Shown here: positions 49,637-59,060 of the stretch, piece by piece | Layout of the letters: the number at the start of each line of letters is the position of its first letter | How positions within the stretch are numbered: the first letter of the stretch is position 1 | From: a virus | Virus record (IMG/VR): IMGVR_UViG_3300035703_000049 | Coordinates: 1 to 64,000 of that record | Direction: 5' to 3' (one strand) | Length of the DNA: 64,000 nt | Translations under genes and position numbers: made by a program | The notes under the pieces: generated by a model | Seen by the model: the letters and a program-made list of their open reading frames with translations, nothing else | Database searches by the model: none | Told to the model about the DNA's origin: nothing

Positions 49637-50796
49637 TAAATAAATCCTCCTCTAGTTGAGTTTGCTAACAAGCTGCCGGCAGCAAAATTTCTAAATCCAA
49701 AATCTTGACTAATACTTCTACGACTGTAAAGAGGCTTACAAGTTATGCTAAATTGTTGAACGATTGGAACTCTTGTTAACGTATTATTTGCTGCGTTTGA
49801 TGCTGCTGCCGCAGCAGCATTTACTGAACCAGCAGAAGGATTAGTTGAAATATAATCAACATCTTCTGGTAAGCTTACACCAAAACTTTCTATTATAATT
49901 GGCACACCACCAACTTGATCTTTATGTGATCCAAATTGATAATCACCATGCCCTTCTAATCTTAATACTGGCGGAGGAAGCCCTGCCTCAGCATCTTGCC
50001 CATAAAACATTTTAGTTACTGTTCTAAAGAAATGTTGCGCTGCTACAACATAATTTGCATCTTCACTATTTTTACAAGCAAACGTAGCAGTAATGCTTAT
50101 TGACTCTGTGTCGCTGCTTTGATAAAAATGATATGCGTAATTACTATGTGTTAAATTTTCAGAATTATATCGTGCACCGTGATTAACAGAAATGTTAGGA
50201 GTGTAAGGAAATAACACACCATTTGTTGCCCTAAGTGGATATAATACCGGACCTTGTAAAAGTATACCTTGTAATGCACCTGACGGAACTAAAATTCGAA
50301 CTCTAGTATCTTCACCTTTTTCGCTAGTGAATTTTACTAATGGTGTTCCGTTAGATCCTCTAGAATTTTGTGCACCGGCCGGCAATCCAGCATTAGTTCT
50401 GCGTGAATTACTTGGATCAAATGTGTTTGAAGGAACGGTTTCTACTCTAACACGATCAGTGCCAGCTGAACTTACTTCTGGTTGCTTATTTTTTCCTAAC
50501 AAATTAGCAAAACCGTTTAAGCTTTCTAATGCTTGTGCTGCTTCCGCACTTTGAAGCCTATCATCTATAATCTGTGCTTTTTCTCTTGCATTTAGCAATA
50601 TTCCATACAAAGGAACAATACTTGTTGTAAAGTTGCCGCGTTCTGTTCTAACACTAATTGTTTCAGGTATATCGTTTTTAATAAGTGCAGAATTAATTTC
50701 ATCATACGCAATATTCAACTGTTTTGCAGCCGCTGAAACAATTTCTTGTTGCCTTATATTAAAAGAATCTTTGTTTATAGGTCCGTTGGTTGCCAT
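49636..50796 (-). CDS. Tail tube initiator/baseplate protein (gp48/gp54-like)
   Basis: GVLFPYTPNI, THSNY, HFFRTVTKMFYG, PPPVLRL, LPEDVDYI; synteny with gp53-like gene. Confidence 0.6.
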   Translation of the reverse strand: MATNGPINKDSFNIRQQEIVSAAAKQLNIAYDEINSALIKNDIPETISVRTERGNFTTSIVPLYGILLNAREKAQIIDDRLQSAEAAQALESLNGFANLLGKNKQPEVSSAGTDRVRVETVPSNTFDPSNSRRTNAGLPAGAQNSRGSNGTPLVKFTSEKGEDTRVRILVPSGALQGILLQGPVLYPLRATNGVLFPYTPNISVNHGARYNSENLTHSNYAYHFYQSSDTESISITATFACKNSEDANYVVAAQHFFRTVTKMFYGQDAEAGLPPPVLRLEGHGDYQFGSHKDQVGGVPIIIESFGVSLPEDVDYISTNPSAGSVNAAAAAASNAANNTLTRVPIVQQFSITCKPLYSRRSISQDFGFRNFAAGSLLANSTRGGFI

Positions 50797-50804
50797 GATA
50801 TATC

Positions 50805-50842
50805 CAATAAATATTGTCCATAATATTTATTGACAATATAAT
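50805..50842. promoter_or_regulatory. Divergent control region: 11-bp inverted repeat of late-promoter boxes overlapping a sigma70-like promoter
   Basis: CAATAAATATT-N6-AATATTTATTG (50805-50832); TTGTCC-N17-TATAAT (50814-50842). Confidence 0.6.
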
Positions 50843-50863
50843 ATGCTGTTATTTTAGGAGATT

Positions 50864-51658
50864 TTGTTGATTCGCGTAAATTATTTAAACAACAGGGATT
50901 TGTTAAGAGAGATCCATAAAAGTAAAAACAGCTATTGCTCTTACTTAGCCCCAGAAGATGGGCAGTATGACATTATATTGCCTAGTTTAAGCAAAATTAA
51001 TAGAAATACTATAGCACAAGCAAAGAAAAATAGAGCAGATCGTTTAACTAGAGAAGCATGGGAAGCGGGACTAAAATTAGACTCAAAAGTTAAACAAGAA
51101 CAATTTAGAGTAGATTATAAAAAAATACAAAAAACTGAACTAGTGTTTAGGATAATGACATTTGATCATATACCGTTAGCGCCAGGTCGTAAAAAAACAC
51201 CAAAAATTAAAAGCGATCATCACGTTAAAGTTAACTTTCCCCCTTTTCAACATTATCGTTTAGATGAAAATGATCAACCATTTTGTGTTGGCAAAAGTCA
51301 TTGGGTAGGTGGTATGCAAAATGGGTACTTTAGCAAGGAGCAGGGAAAGATTACAAACGAACTTGCTAAAATGTTTATGAAGCTCTGTGAACGTTATGGT
51401 ACTAGAGGTAACTGGAGAGGTTATACATATAATGATGAAATGCGTAGCCAAGCCCTACTACAGTTAAGTCAAGTAGGATTGCAGTTTGATGAATCAAAAT
51501 CATCAAACCCATTTGCATATTATACTGCAACAATTACAAACAGCTTTACTCGTATCTTAAACATCGAAAAGAAAAATCAAAACATACGTGATGACATACT
51601 TGAAATGAATAATATGAATCCAAGCTATTCAAGACAAAACGACTGGCATCAAGAATAA
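50864..51658 (+). CDS. Late-transcription sigma factor (T4 gp55-like)
   Basis: NYLNNRDLL, NWRGYTYNDEM, FDESKSSNPFAYYT..NSFTRILNIEKK; upstream of gp47/gp46 as in T4; AGGAG then TTG start. Confidence 0.88.
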   Translation: MLIRVNYLNNRDLLREIHKSKNSYCSYLAPEDGQYDIILPSLSKINRNTIAQAKKNRADRLTREAWEAGLKLDSKVKQEQFRVDYKKIQKTELVFRIMTFDHIPLAPGRKKTPKIKSDHHVKVNFPPFQHYRLDENDQPFCVGKSHWVGGMQNGYFSKEQGKITNELAKMFMKLCERYGTRGNWRGYTYNDEMRSQALLQLSQVGLQFDESKSSNPFAYYTATITNSFTRILNIEKKNQNIRDDILEMNNMNPSYSRQNDWHQE

Positions 51659-51660
51659 AG

Positions 51661-51690
51661 TTGTTTAACAGGAGTTTAAGAGCTTAAAAT
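51661..51690 (+). promoter_or_regulatory. Sigma70-like promoter, leaderless
   Basis: TTGTTT-N18-TAAAAT-N6-ATG(51697). Confidence 0.5.
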
Positions 51691-51696
51691 TAATGC

Positions 51697-52710
51697 ATGA
51701 GCAACCCTTTTAATCGAGCACTTGTTTTTACAGATATACATTTTGGAAAGAAATCGAACAGTCAACAATTTAATCAAGACTGCTTAGATTTTGTCGATTG
51801 GGCTACTAAGCTTGGTGTAGAAAAAGGATGCGATAGAGTTATATTTTGTGGTGATTGGCATCATAATCGAGCTAGTATTAGTTTATATACACTTACTGCT
51901 AGTCTAAAAGCACTGGAGTTAATTAATGACAGATTTCATCGCGCTGATTTCATTGTGGGCAATCATGATTTATATTATCGTGATAAGAGAACGATTGCCT
52001 CTATGGAGTGGGCAAACCATATTCCTAACATTCATGTTCATAGTGATACCTACCGCGAAGGTGATATGGTCATGGTACCGTGGTTAGTTCAAGACGAATA
52101 TAAGACAATGCGTAAGCTTACTGCAAAGCACGTATTTGGACACTTCGAACTGCCTAAATTTAAAATGAATAGCATGATTGAAATGCCAGACCATGGTGAA
52201 ATTCAAGCTGAGGATTTAGGTAATGTGGAGTATGTATGGACCGGACACTTCCATAAACGACAAGATCGCAATAACATACATTACATTGGCAATGCTTTTC
52301 CGCATGATTATAGCGATGCATGGGATGATGAACGTGGTGTTATGATTCTTAACTGGGATGGCGATCACGACTATTATGCATGGGACGCGGCTCCTAAATA
52401 TCGTGTCATTAAACTTAGCGAGCTACTAGATAATCCAGATTATCACTTAAAAGCTGAAAGCTATCTACGTGTCAATATCGATATTCCAATTAGCTATGAA
52501 GAAGCTAACTTTATACGCGAAACATTTGACTCACAATATCAGCCACGCGAACTTGCTTTGATCCCGCAAAGACAGGATGATTTTGCAATGGATGCTGATC
52601 TTAATATAAAATTTGAATCAGTCGATCAAATTGTCCATTCTCAATTAACCCAAGTTGACAGTAATTTTTATGATTCAAAACTGTTAATGCAAATTTACGA
52701 AAGATTATAA
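51697..52710 (+). CDS. Recombination endonuclease subunit (gp47/Mre11/SbcD-like)
   Basis: DIHFG, GDWHH, GNHD, GHFE, GHFH phosphoesterase motifs. Confidence 0.93.
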   Translation: MSNPFNRALVFTDIHFGKKSNSQQFNQDCLDFVDWATKLGVEKGCDRVIFCGDWHHNRASISLYTLTASLKALELINDRFHRADFIVGNHDLYYRDKRTIASMEWANHIPNIHVHSDTYREGDMVMVPWLVQDEYKTMRKLTAKHVFGHFELPKFKMNSMIEMPDHGEIQAEDLGNVEYVWTGHFHKRQDRNNIHYIGNAFPHDYSDAWDDERGVMILNWDGDHDYYAWDAAPKYRVIKLSELLDNPDYHLKAESYLRVNIDIPISYEEANFIRETFDSQYQPRELALIPQRQDDFAMDADLNIKFESVDQIVHSQLTQVDSNFYDSKLLMQIYERL

Positions 52711-53519
52711 TGAAATATTTGATATTAGGATCTGAAGGACAAATAGGAAAATATTTGTGTAAAACTTTAACTAACTGCGGTGATGAAGTTATTAACTTCG
52801 ATATATCTATAGATGCTAATCAAGATTTAAGGATACCAAATAATAGATTGTTACACTCTGCAGTTAAAAGCTGTGATAAAATTTTTTTTTTAGCATTTGA
52901 TTGCGGTGGAGCAAAATATTTAAAAGAAAATCAACACAAAAAGCAATTTATCGACAATAACATTCGTATAATGTTGAATACATTTGAATGCATTAGTAAT
53001 TATAATAAACCATTTGTATTTGCTAGCAGCCAAATGTCAAATAATTTTGAATCGAGTTATGGTTCATTAAAATTAATTGGAGATCATTATACAAAATCTT
53101 TAAATGGTATAATTGCAAAATTTTGGAACGTGTACGGAAAAGAAGATTTTGGTGTCCATAGTCATGTAATTACCGACTTTGTAAAAGGTGCAAAAGAAAA
53201 ACAACATATTCAAATGTTAACTACCGGTAAAGAAAAAAGACAATTTTTACATGCGACTGATTGTTCAGAAGCACTTAAAACACTAATCGATCGATACGAT
53301 CAAACAGCAGGACTAGAATATCATATAACAAGTTTTGAATGGACTAGTATTCAGACACTTGCGATTTTAATTTCTTCAATTATTCCCTGTAAAATTACTA
53401 ATTGTGATTTTTATGATGAATTACAAAGTAACTATTTGTTTGAACCAAAAAAAGATATATTGTCGTTTTGGAAACCTCGCATTTCTCTGTTAGATGGATT
53501 AAAGGAAATGTGTGAATGA
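52710..53519 (+). CDS. NAD-dependent nucleotide-sugar epimerase/dehydratase
   Basis: GSEGQIG, FLAFDCGG, FASSQM, YGSLK, RQFLH. Confidence 0.85.
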   Translation: MKYLILGSEGQIGKYLCKTLTNCGDEVINFDISIDANQDLRIPNNRLLHSAVKSCDKIFFLAFDCGGAKYLKENQHKKQFIDNNIRIMLNTFECISNYNKPFVFASSQMSNNFESSYGSLKLIGDHYTKSLNGIIAKFWNVYGKEDFGVHSHVITDFVKGAKEKQHIQMLTTGKEKRQFLHATDCSEALKTLIDRYDQTAGLEYHITSFEWTSIQTLAILISSIIPCKITNCDFYDELQSNYLFEPKKDILSFWKPRISLLDGLKEMCE

Positions 53520-54301
53520 AATTTTTATTAACTCAGTTTGCAGAAGGTTCAGGCGGAAGTTTTTTAATGTGTGTGCTTGCAGCTAGTAATTCTGTATGGC
53601 ACTGGGACGAAAAAACACAAAACAATAAAACTGAAGATAAATCATTATCTTATATTAAATCTAAATTTCAAAAGGATTATACACTTTGGATAGCCAGGGA
53701 TCCTAAACCGCAAAATGATTATAATTTACATTTTTTAAGTACCAAATACCCTCGCGGTGATGATTTAACTTTAGAAGAATTTAAATCGTTATGCAAATTA
53801 AATGGCAGCGATCATTTTATTAATGGAATAAACTCCAATCTTTATCAAATTTTACCTTGGCATAAAATAACAATACCAGGATTTTTTAATAATCCACTTG
53901 TTTGTACAATTATAATTGATAAATCTTCTTTACGGTGGTATCACCGTTCATTATGGAATAAAAAATTTGGTATAAAAGATAACTTAATACACATAAAAGC
54001 AGATGACCCAAGTTATAATCCTGAAAGAGAAAGATATTTTCAAATTTTTAATAATCCATATCTTGTAAATAAACCGTTTTTTAATTTCGTAAAAGAAAAT
54101 ATAATACTAAACAAACAAAAATTGTTATTCTTGAATCCTACTATTTCATCAAACAATTCATCAATATTTTTAAGCGAATTAATTGATGAAAAAAAATTTG
54201 TTCAAAAAGTACAAAAAATATGCAGAGAACTTAATCTAGAGTTATTATCAAAAAATTATTTAATTGAATGCCATAAATATTGGAAACAATGTCATGAGTG
54301 A
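53516..54301 (+). CDS. Hypothetical protein, possible sulfotransferase/P-loop-like fold
   Basis: N-terminal FAEGSGGSFL glycine loop after a beta strand. Confidence 0.45.
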   Translation: MKFLLTQFAEGSGGSFLMCVLAASNSVWHWDEKTQNNKTEDKSLSYIKSKFQKDYTLWIARDPKPQNDYNLHFLSTKYPRGDDLTLEEFKSLCKLNGSDHFINGINSNLYQILPWHKITIPGFFNNPLVCTIIIDKSSLRWYHRSLWNKKFGIKDNLIHIKADDPSYNPERERYFQIFNNPYLVNKPFFNFVKENIILNKQKLLFLNPTISSNNSSIFLSELIDEKKFVQKVQKICRELNLELLSKNYLIECHKYWKQCHE

Positions 54302-55451
54302 AACTTTTTTACTTCCACAAACTAAAACAATTTTAGCGTCGCATTTTAATATTATTGATATAATAGATTTAAATCATTATACAAGATCTCCAAATTTACT
54401 GTTAGCAAGATTACAAAAAAACGTAAAAAAAATTTATCATTCTACAGATCGTTTTATTTTTCTACTAGAAGATCACGACTTTTACTTAGACGGAAAAGGT
54501 CCTGGTTTTATATTATACAACTTACAATTGTCGCTTGCTTATTTAAATATACCTAATTATTTCTGTTTGTTATTAACAGGACAACCTAATTACAACGATT
54601 ACACTGAATATGTATGCAAACAATTAACTTGTGACACTATTCCAATTCGATCTATTAACACTATGTTATTTGAAAGTTTTGTTTCCCCAGCAAAAAAAAG
54701 AAACATAAATGAAGAATTAATTAAAAAATCGTTTTGCGTATTAAGCCGTGTAGAAAGGAGTCATAGGACATATTTTATGTCAAAACTTTTTGAAGAACAT
54801 TTAGAAAATCAAGGGATTATTGGTTATAATAATCTTCAAATTAGTGTTGAAACTAAAAAAAATACTGGAGAAGAAGTAAATTATAATTTAGGGTTTTTAA
54901 CTTGCCCAGATGCATTACCGCCAATGATATTATTTAAAGAGCATAATCGTAATGTGTTTGAGAAATTTAAAAAACAGTATAACAATTTTAAAAATTTTAC
55001 TGAGGAAACTGACTTATTTTCACAAAGACAAAGCGCAGAGATTGACTCGCGTAATCCTATACAACGTGGGTTAGTGTATGTAGGATTAGAAACTTTTACT
55101 AATTTAGAGAAAATATTTATATCTAGAATAAGTTTTCGAGGTTTTGTTGAAAATCGACCTTTTGTTTTACTAGCTATTCCTGGATCGCTAAACTTTCTTA
55201 GAGAACAAGGATTCAAAACTTTTAATAATTTTTGGGATGAAGATTACGATTTAATTACAGATTTTGAAACTAGAGTTGATCATATCATTTCTATTTTAAA
55301 AGATATTTCAAATAAAAATTTATTAATGCTTATCGATAAAATGCGTCCTTTGATAGTACATAATCACAACTATTACCATAATGATTTCGCTCTGTCTGAA
55401 CAAAAAAAATTATCCATTGCGTGCATCAATAACTTAAAAGGTTTATATTGA
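54294..55451 (+). CDS. Putative GT-B glycosyltransferase (GT10-like C-terminus)
   Basis: FCVLSRVERSHR; ET..ISRISFRG..RPFV..GSLNFLREQGFKTF..WDEDYD; likely start MSET at 54294. Confidence 0.5.
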   Translation: MSETFLLPQTKTILASHFNIIDIIDLNHYTRSPNLLLARLQKNVKKIYHSTDRFIFLLEDHDFYLDGKGPGFILYNLQLSLAYLNIPNYFCLLLTGQPNYNDYTEYVCKQLTCDTIPIRSINTMLFESFVSPAKKRNINEELIKKSFCVLSRVERSHRTYFMSKLFEEHLENQGIIGYNNLQISVETKKNTGEEVNYNLGFLTCPDALPPMILFKEHNRNVFEKFKKQYNNFKNFTEETDLFSQRQSAEIDSRNPIQRGLVYVGLETFTNLEKIFISRISFRGFVENRPFVLLAIPGSLNFLREQGFKTFNNFWDEDYDLITDFETRVDHIISILKDISNKNLLMLIDKMRPLIVHNHNYYHNDFALSEQKKLSIACINNLKGLY

Positions 55452-55476
55452 CTGCTTGTTAAATTTTTTTTAAAGT
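55448..55476 (+). promoter_or_regulatory. Sigma70-like promoter, leaderless
   Basis: TTGACT-N17-TAAAGT-N6-ATG(55483). Confidence 0.65.
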
Positions 55477-55482
55477 TATATT

Positions 55483-57270
55483 ATGTTTAAAATTAAATCA
55501 CTTTCTGTTAAAAATTTTATGAGTGTTGGTAATGTTACTCAAAGTGTAAATTTTGATAGAAACGACTTAACACTTGTGTTGGGACAAAATATGGATCTTG
55601 GTGGAGATGATGCTGGTGCAAGAAATGGTACTGGTAAAACTACTATGATCAATGCGTTAAGTTACGGACTATATGGACTCGCATTAACTAATATCAAAAA
55701 GGATAACTTAGTCAACAAAACTAATAGCAAAGCTATGGTCGTTACTGTTGATTTTCAAATTAATAACAATTTATACCGAATTGAGCGTGGTCGTAAACCT
55801 ACTTTTTTAAAATTTTATGCAAATGGAATTGCTCAAAAAGAAGATGCTCAAAATGAAGATGATTCGCAAGGCGATAGTCGAGAAACTCAGAAAGAAATTG
55901 AATTACTTTTAGGTATGAGTCATGACATGTTTAAGCATGTTTTAGCATTAAACACCTACACTGAACCATTTTTATCAATGCGTGCTAATGATCAAAGAGA
56001 GATCATTGAGCAATTGCTTGGTATTACACAACTTTCAGCAAAAGCAGAAAAGCTTAAAGAATTAGTTAAGAAAACTAAAGATTCTATAACAGAAGAAGAG
56101 TATCGCATTAAAGCTATTCAAGATGCTAATAAGAAAATACAAGAGCAGATTGAAAGTTTGGAGCGGCGTCAACGTCTTTGGGAAACAAAGCGCGAAGAAG
56201 ATATCAATAATCTTGTACAAGCTTTAGAAGATCTAAAAGATATTGACATTGAAAAAGAAATTAAAAATCATAAGTTGCTTGCAGATTACCACACTAAAGT
56301 AAAACGTAAGCAAGAAGCAGATAAGTGGCTTAAGAGTTTACGCAACGATTATGCTAAAGAAGAAAAGATCTATGAAAAACTCAATAAAGAAATAGTAGAT
56401 CTTCAAGATCACAAGTGTTTTGCTTGCGGTAGTAAACTGCACGATAGTAAACAAGAATCAATTCTTGAAGGTAAGTTAAAACAAAAAGATGACAGCGAAA
56501 AGCATATGCTTAAGCTACAGTCTCAAGCAGATGAATACGAAACTATACTAACAGAACTTGGTGATATTGGCAAAGCACCTAAAGTTTTTTATGATACAAT
56601 TGAACAAGCTATGGAACATAGAAATAGTATAGATAAATTAAGTTCACAGCTGGAGCATAGGCTGGCAGAGCAGGATCCGTATATTGAGCAAATTGCTGAT
56701 ATGCGGATCTCTGCTGTTGAAGAAATTAGCTGGGATCATATTAATGAGCTAACTAAGTTTAAGGAGCATCAAGAATTCTTGTTTAAGCTGCTTACAAATA
56801 AGGATTCTTTCATTCGTAAGACTATTATTGATCAAAATCTTGCATACTTAAATGCACGGTTGCAATACTATTTGCAGCAAATTGGGTTACCACATAGCGT
56901 TAAATTTCAATCAGATTTGACTGTTTTAATCGAGGAACTGGGGCGGGAATTGGACTTTGACAATCTGTCAAGAGGTGAAAGAAATCGACTTATTTTAAGT
57001 TTAAGTTGGGCTTTTAGAGACGTTTGGGAAGGACTTTATCAACCTATTAACTTGTTGTTTATTGATGAAATGGTCGATAGTGGCATGGATACAAGCGGTG
57101 TAGAAGCTGCTATTGCTGTTCTAAAGAAAATGAGTCGAGAACGCAACAAAAGCATTTTCCTCGTAAGTCATAAAGATGAACTATCAAGTAGGGTAAACAA
57201 TATTTTAACAGTTATTAAAGAAAACGGGTTTACTATGTATTCAAACGACATAGAAATAAAAGAAGTATGA
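55483..57270 (+). CDS. Recombination ATPase subunit (gp46/Rad50/SbcC-like)
   Basis: KNFMS, NGTGKTT Walker A, CFAC zinc hook, LSRGE signature, LLFIDE Walker B, VSH. Confidence 0.95.
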   Translation: MFKIKSLSVKNFMSVGNVTQSVNFDRNDLTLVLGQNMDLGGDDAGARNGTGKTTMINALSYGLYGLALTNIKKDNLVNKTNSKAMVVTVDFQINNNLYRIERGRKPTFLKFYANGIAQKEDAQNEDDSQGDSRETQKEIELLLGMSHDMFKHVLALNTYTEPFLSMRANDQREIIEQLLGITQLSAKAEKLKELVKKTKDSITEEEYRIKAIQDANKKIQEQIESLERRQRLWETKREEDINNLVQALEDLKDIDIEKEIKNHKLLADYHTKVKRKQEADKWLKSLRNDYAKEEKIYEKLNKEIVDLQDHKCFACGSKLHDSKQESILEGKLKQKDDSEKHMLKLQSQADEYETILTELGDIGKAPKVFYDTIEQAMEHRNSIDKLSSQLEHRLAEQDPYIEQIADMRISAVEEISWDHINELTKFKEHQEFLFKLLTNKDSFIRKTIIDQNLAYLNARLQYYLQQIGLPHSVKFQSDLTVLIEELGRELDFDNLSRGERNRLILSLSWAFRDVWEGLYQPINLLFIDEMVDSGMDTSGVEAAIAVLKKMSRERNKSIFLVSHKDELSSRVNNILTVIKENGFTMYSNDIEIKEV

Positions 57271-58229
57271 GGATATTAGTTCTTGGTGCAAGCGGATTTA
57301 TTGGAAATTATCTCGTAAATCATTTTCAAAAAAAAGGAAATTACGTATGTGGCGTTGATATCAATCAACCTAAATTCAATTTCTCTAATGTTGACGAATT
57401 TATCATAGGCGATTTGCGTGAAAAAGCATTTGTAAATTCTGTTGCTATTCGATCATGGGACTTAGTTTTTCATTTTGCTGCTGATATGGGTGGAGCAGGT
57501 TACGTTTTTACAAAAACACATGATGCTGATATCTTAAGCAGTAGTCTTCAAATTACCATTAATTTAATGGAAGCATTCAAGCACGGAAAACAAACATTAG
57601 TTTATGCTAGTAGTGCTTGCGTTTATCCTGAACATAATCAATTAGATATTAATAATTTAAAAATCAGCGAAGAAAGTGCCTATCCAGCAAGCCCTGATAG
57701 TAACTATGGTTGGGAAAAACTAACAGGTGAACGCTTGTGTCAAAGTTTTGCGAGCAACTATAATATGGATAATCGAATAATTCGTTTACATAATATCTAT
57801 GGTCCTTTATGTTCATATAATAATGGTAAAGAAAAATCACCCGCTGCACTATGTAGGAAAGTTGTTGAAAGCAACGGAAAAATTGAAGTGTGGGGAGATG
57901 GTAACCAAATTAGGAGCTATTTGTATATCAACGATTTACTTAATGCAATTGATCTTTTATTACAGCACAACATCAAAATACCAATTAATGTTGGTAACGA
58001 GCACTACATAACTATAAATGACTTAGCTAAACTTATAATTAAGATTAGCAATAAAAATATTTCAATAGTTAATAAACCTGGACCAATTGGGGTTAATGCT
58101 AGAACTAGCGATAACACATTAATTAGAAAATTAACAGGGTGGGAACCACAAACATCTTTAGAAGATGGCATAAAACAGTTATACTATTGGATTGAAAACG
58201 AAATTAAAAAGGAGAAAAATAATGAATGA
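57267..58229 (+). CDS. GDP-mannose 3,5-epimerase-like SDR
   Basis: GASGFIG, FAADMGGAGY, ASSACVYPE, AYPASPDSNYGWEKL, EKSPAALCRK, WGDGNQIRS. Confidence 0.85.
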   Translation: MRILVLGASGFIGNYLVNHFQKKGNYVCGVDINQPKFNFSNVDEFIIGDLREKAFVNSVAIRSWDLVFHFAADMGGAGYVFTKTHDADILSSSLQITINLMEAFKHGKQTLVYASSACVYPEHNQLDINNLKISEESAYPASPDSNYGWEKLTGERLCQSFASNYNMDNRIIRLHNIYGPLCSYNNGKEKSPAALCRKVVESNGKIEVWGDGNQIRSYLYINDLLNAIDLLLQHNIKIPINVGNEHYITINDLAKLIIKISNKNISIVNKPGPIGVNARTSDNTLIRKLTGWEPQTSLEDGIKQLYYWIENEIKKEKNNE

Positions 58230-58416
58230 GACAAGTAAAGAACTACTAAAACAAGTTGATGTGTATATTGAAGAGAACACAAAGTTTGTTGAAAAAGGAA
58301 TCAAAGCATCTGCAGGTCGTGCTCGCAAGGCACTAAACGAAATTCGTAAACTTGCTGCTACTCGTCGTAAAGAAATTACCGAAGAGAAAAATGCACTTTC
58401 TGCTAAGAAAGAATAA
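58222..58416 (+). CDS. Histone H1-like (Hc1-family) basic DNA-binding protein
   Basis: KFVEKGIKASAGRARKAL..RKEI motif; AAGGAG 7 nt before ATG 58222. Confidence 0.75.
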   Translation: MNETSKELLKQVDVYIEENTKFVEKGIKASAGRARKALNEIRKLAATRRKEITEEKNALSAKKE

Positions 58417-58432
58417 CTAGGTTGCAACTGGT

Positions 58433-59059
58433 ATGCTATTAACTAATCAAATATCTAAAAAAACATTATCAATGTTAGAAATGTGGTTAAGTAAACAACC
58501 ATATTTTGAAAAACTAGCGCCTGATGGACAGATTTTTTACAAGTACAAACACTTAGATTATCATATTGCTAATAGCATACCTAACCAACTATTAAAACCT
58601 ATAATTGATAGTATTTTACCAAATGCCAATGTACAAACATATAATTATGTAGAATCTTATATACCATTTGATTTGCATGTTGATACTATAAAAGAATCTA
58701 TTAATAGAAATGAGTACGCATTTGATAATGCTTCATCTATTACATACAACAGTGCTGTATTAATTCCTTTAGATGAAGGAGAAAATTTAAGAACTGTGAT
58801 ATTTGATGTTAAGTGTGATGAATGGAAACCAGGTATGAGTGCAAATTACATCACTGATATTGATAATGGATTACGTGAAGATGATTTTTCACATGTAAAT
58901 GAGTTAGATCGACCAAACATTAAGTACTTACCATTGCTTGAAGATAACCAATGGAAACGTGGTGACGTTATTACTTGGGACAGAAAATATCTACATTTGG
59001 CATGTAATTTTAGAAAACATGTTCCATTTAAAAGAGCATTAACTTTATTCTTTCATTAG
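58433..59059 (+). CDS. Putative 2OG-Fe(II) dioxygenase-fold protein
   Basis: LHVD (HxD) ... GDVITWDRKYLH ... KR. Confidence 0.55.
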   Translation: MLLTNQISKKTLSMLEMWLSKQPYFEKLAPDGQIFYKYKHLDYHIANSIPNQLLKPIIDSILPNANVQTYNYVESYIPFDLHVDTIKESINRNEYAFDNASSITYNSAVLIPLDEGENLRTVIFDVKCDEWKPGMSANYITDIDNGLREDDFSHVNELDRPNIKYLPLLEDNQWKRGDVITWDRKYLHLACNFRKHVPFKRALTLFFH

Positions 59060-59060
59060 C

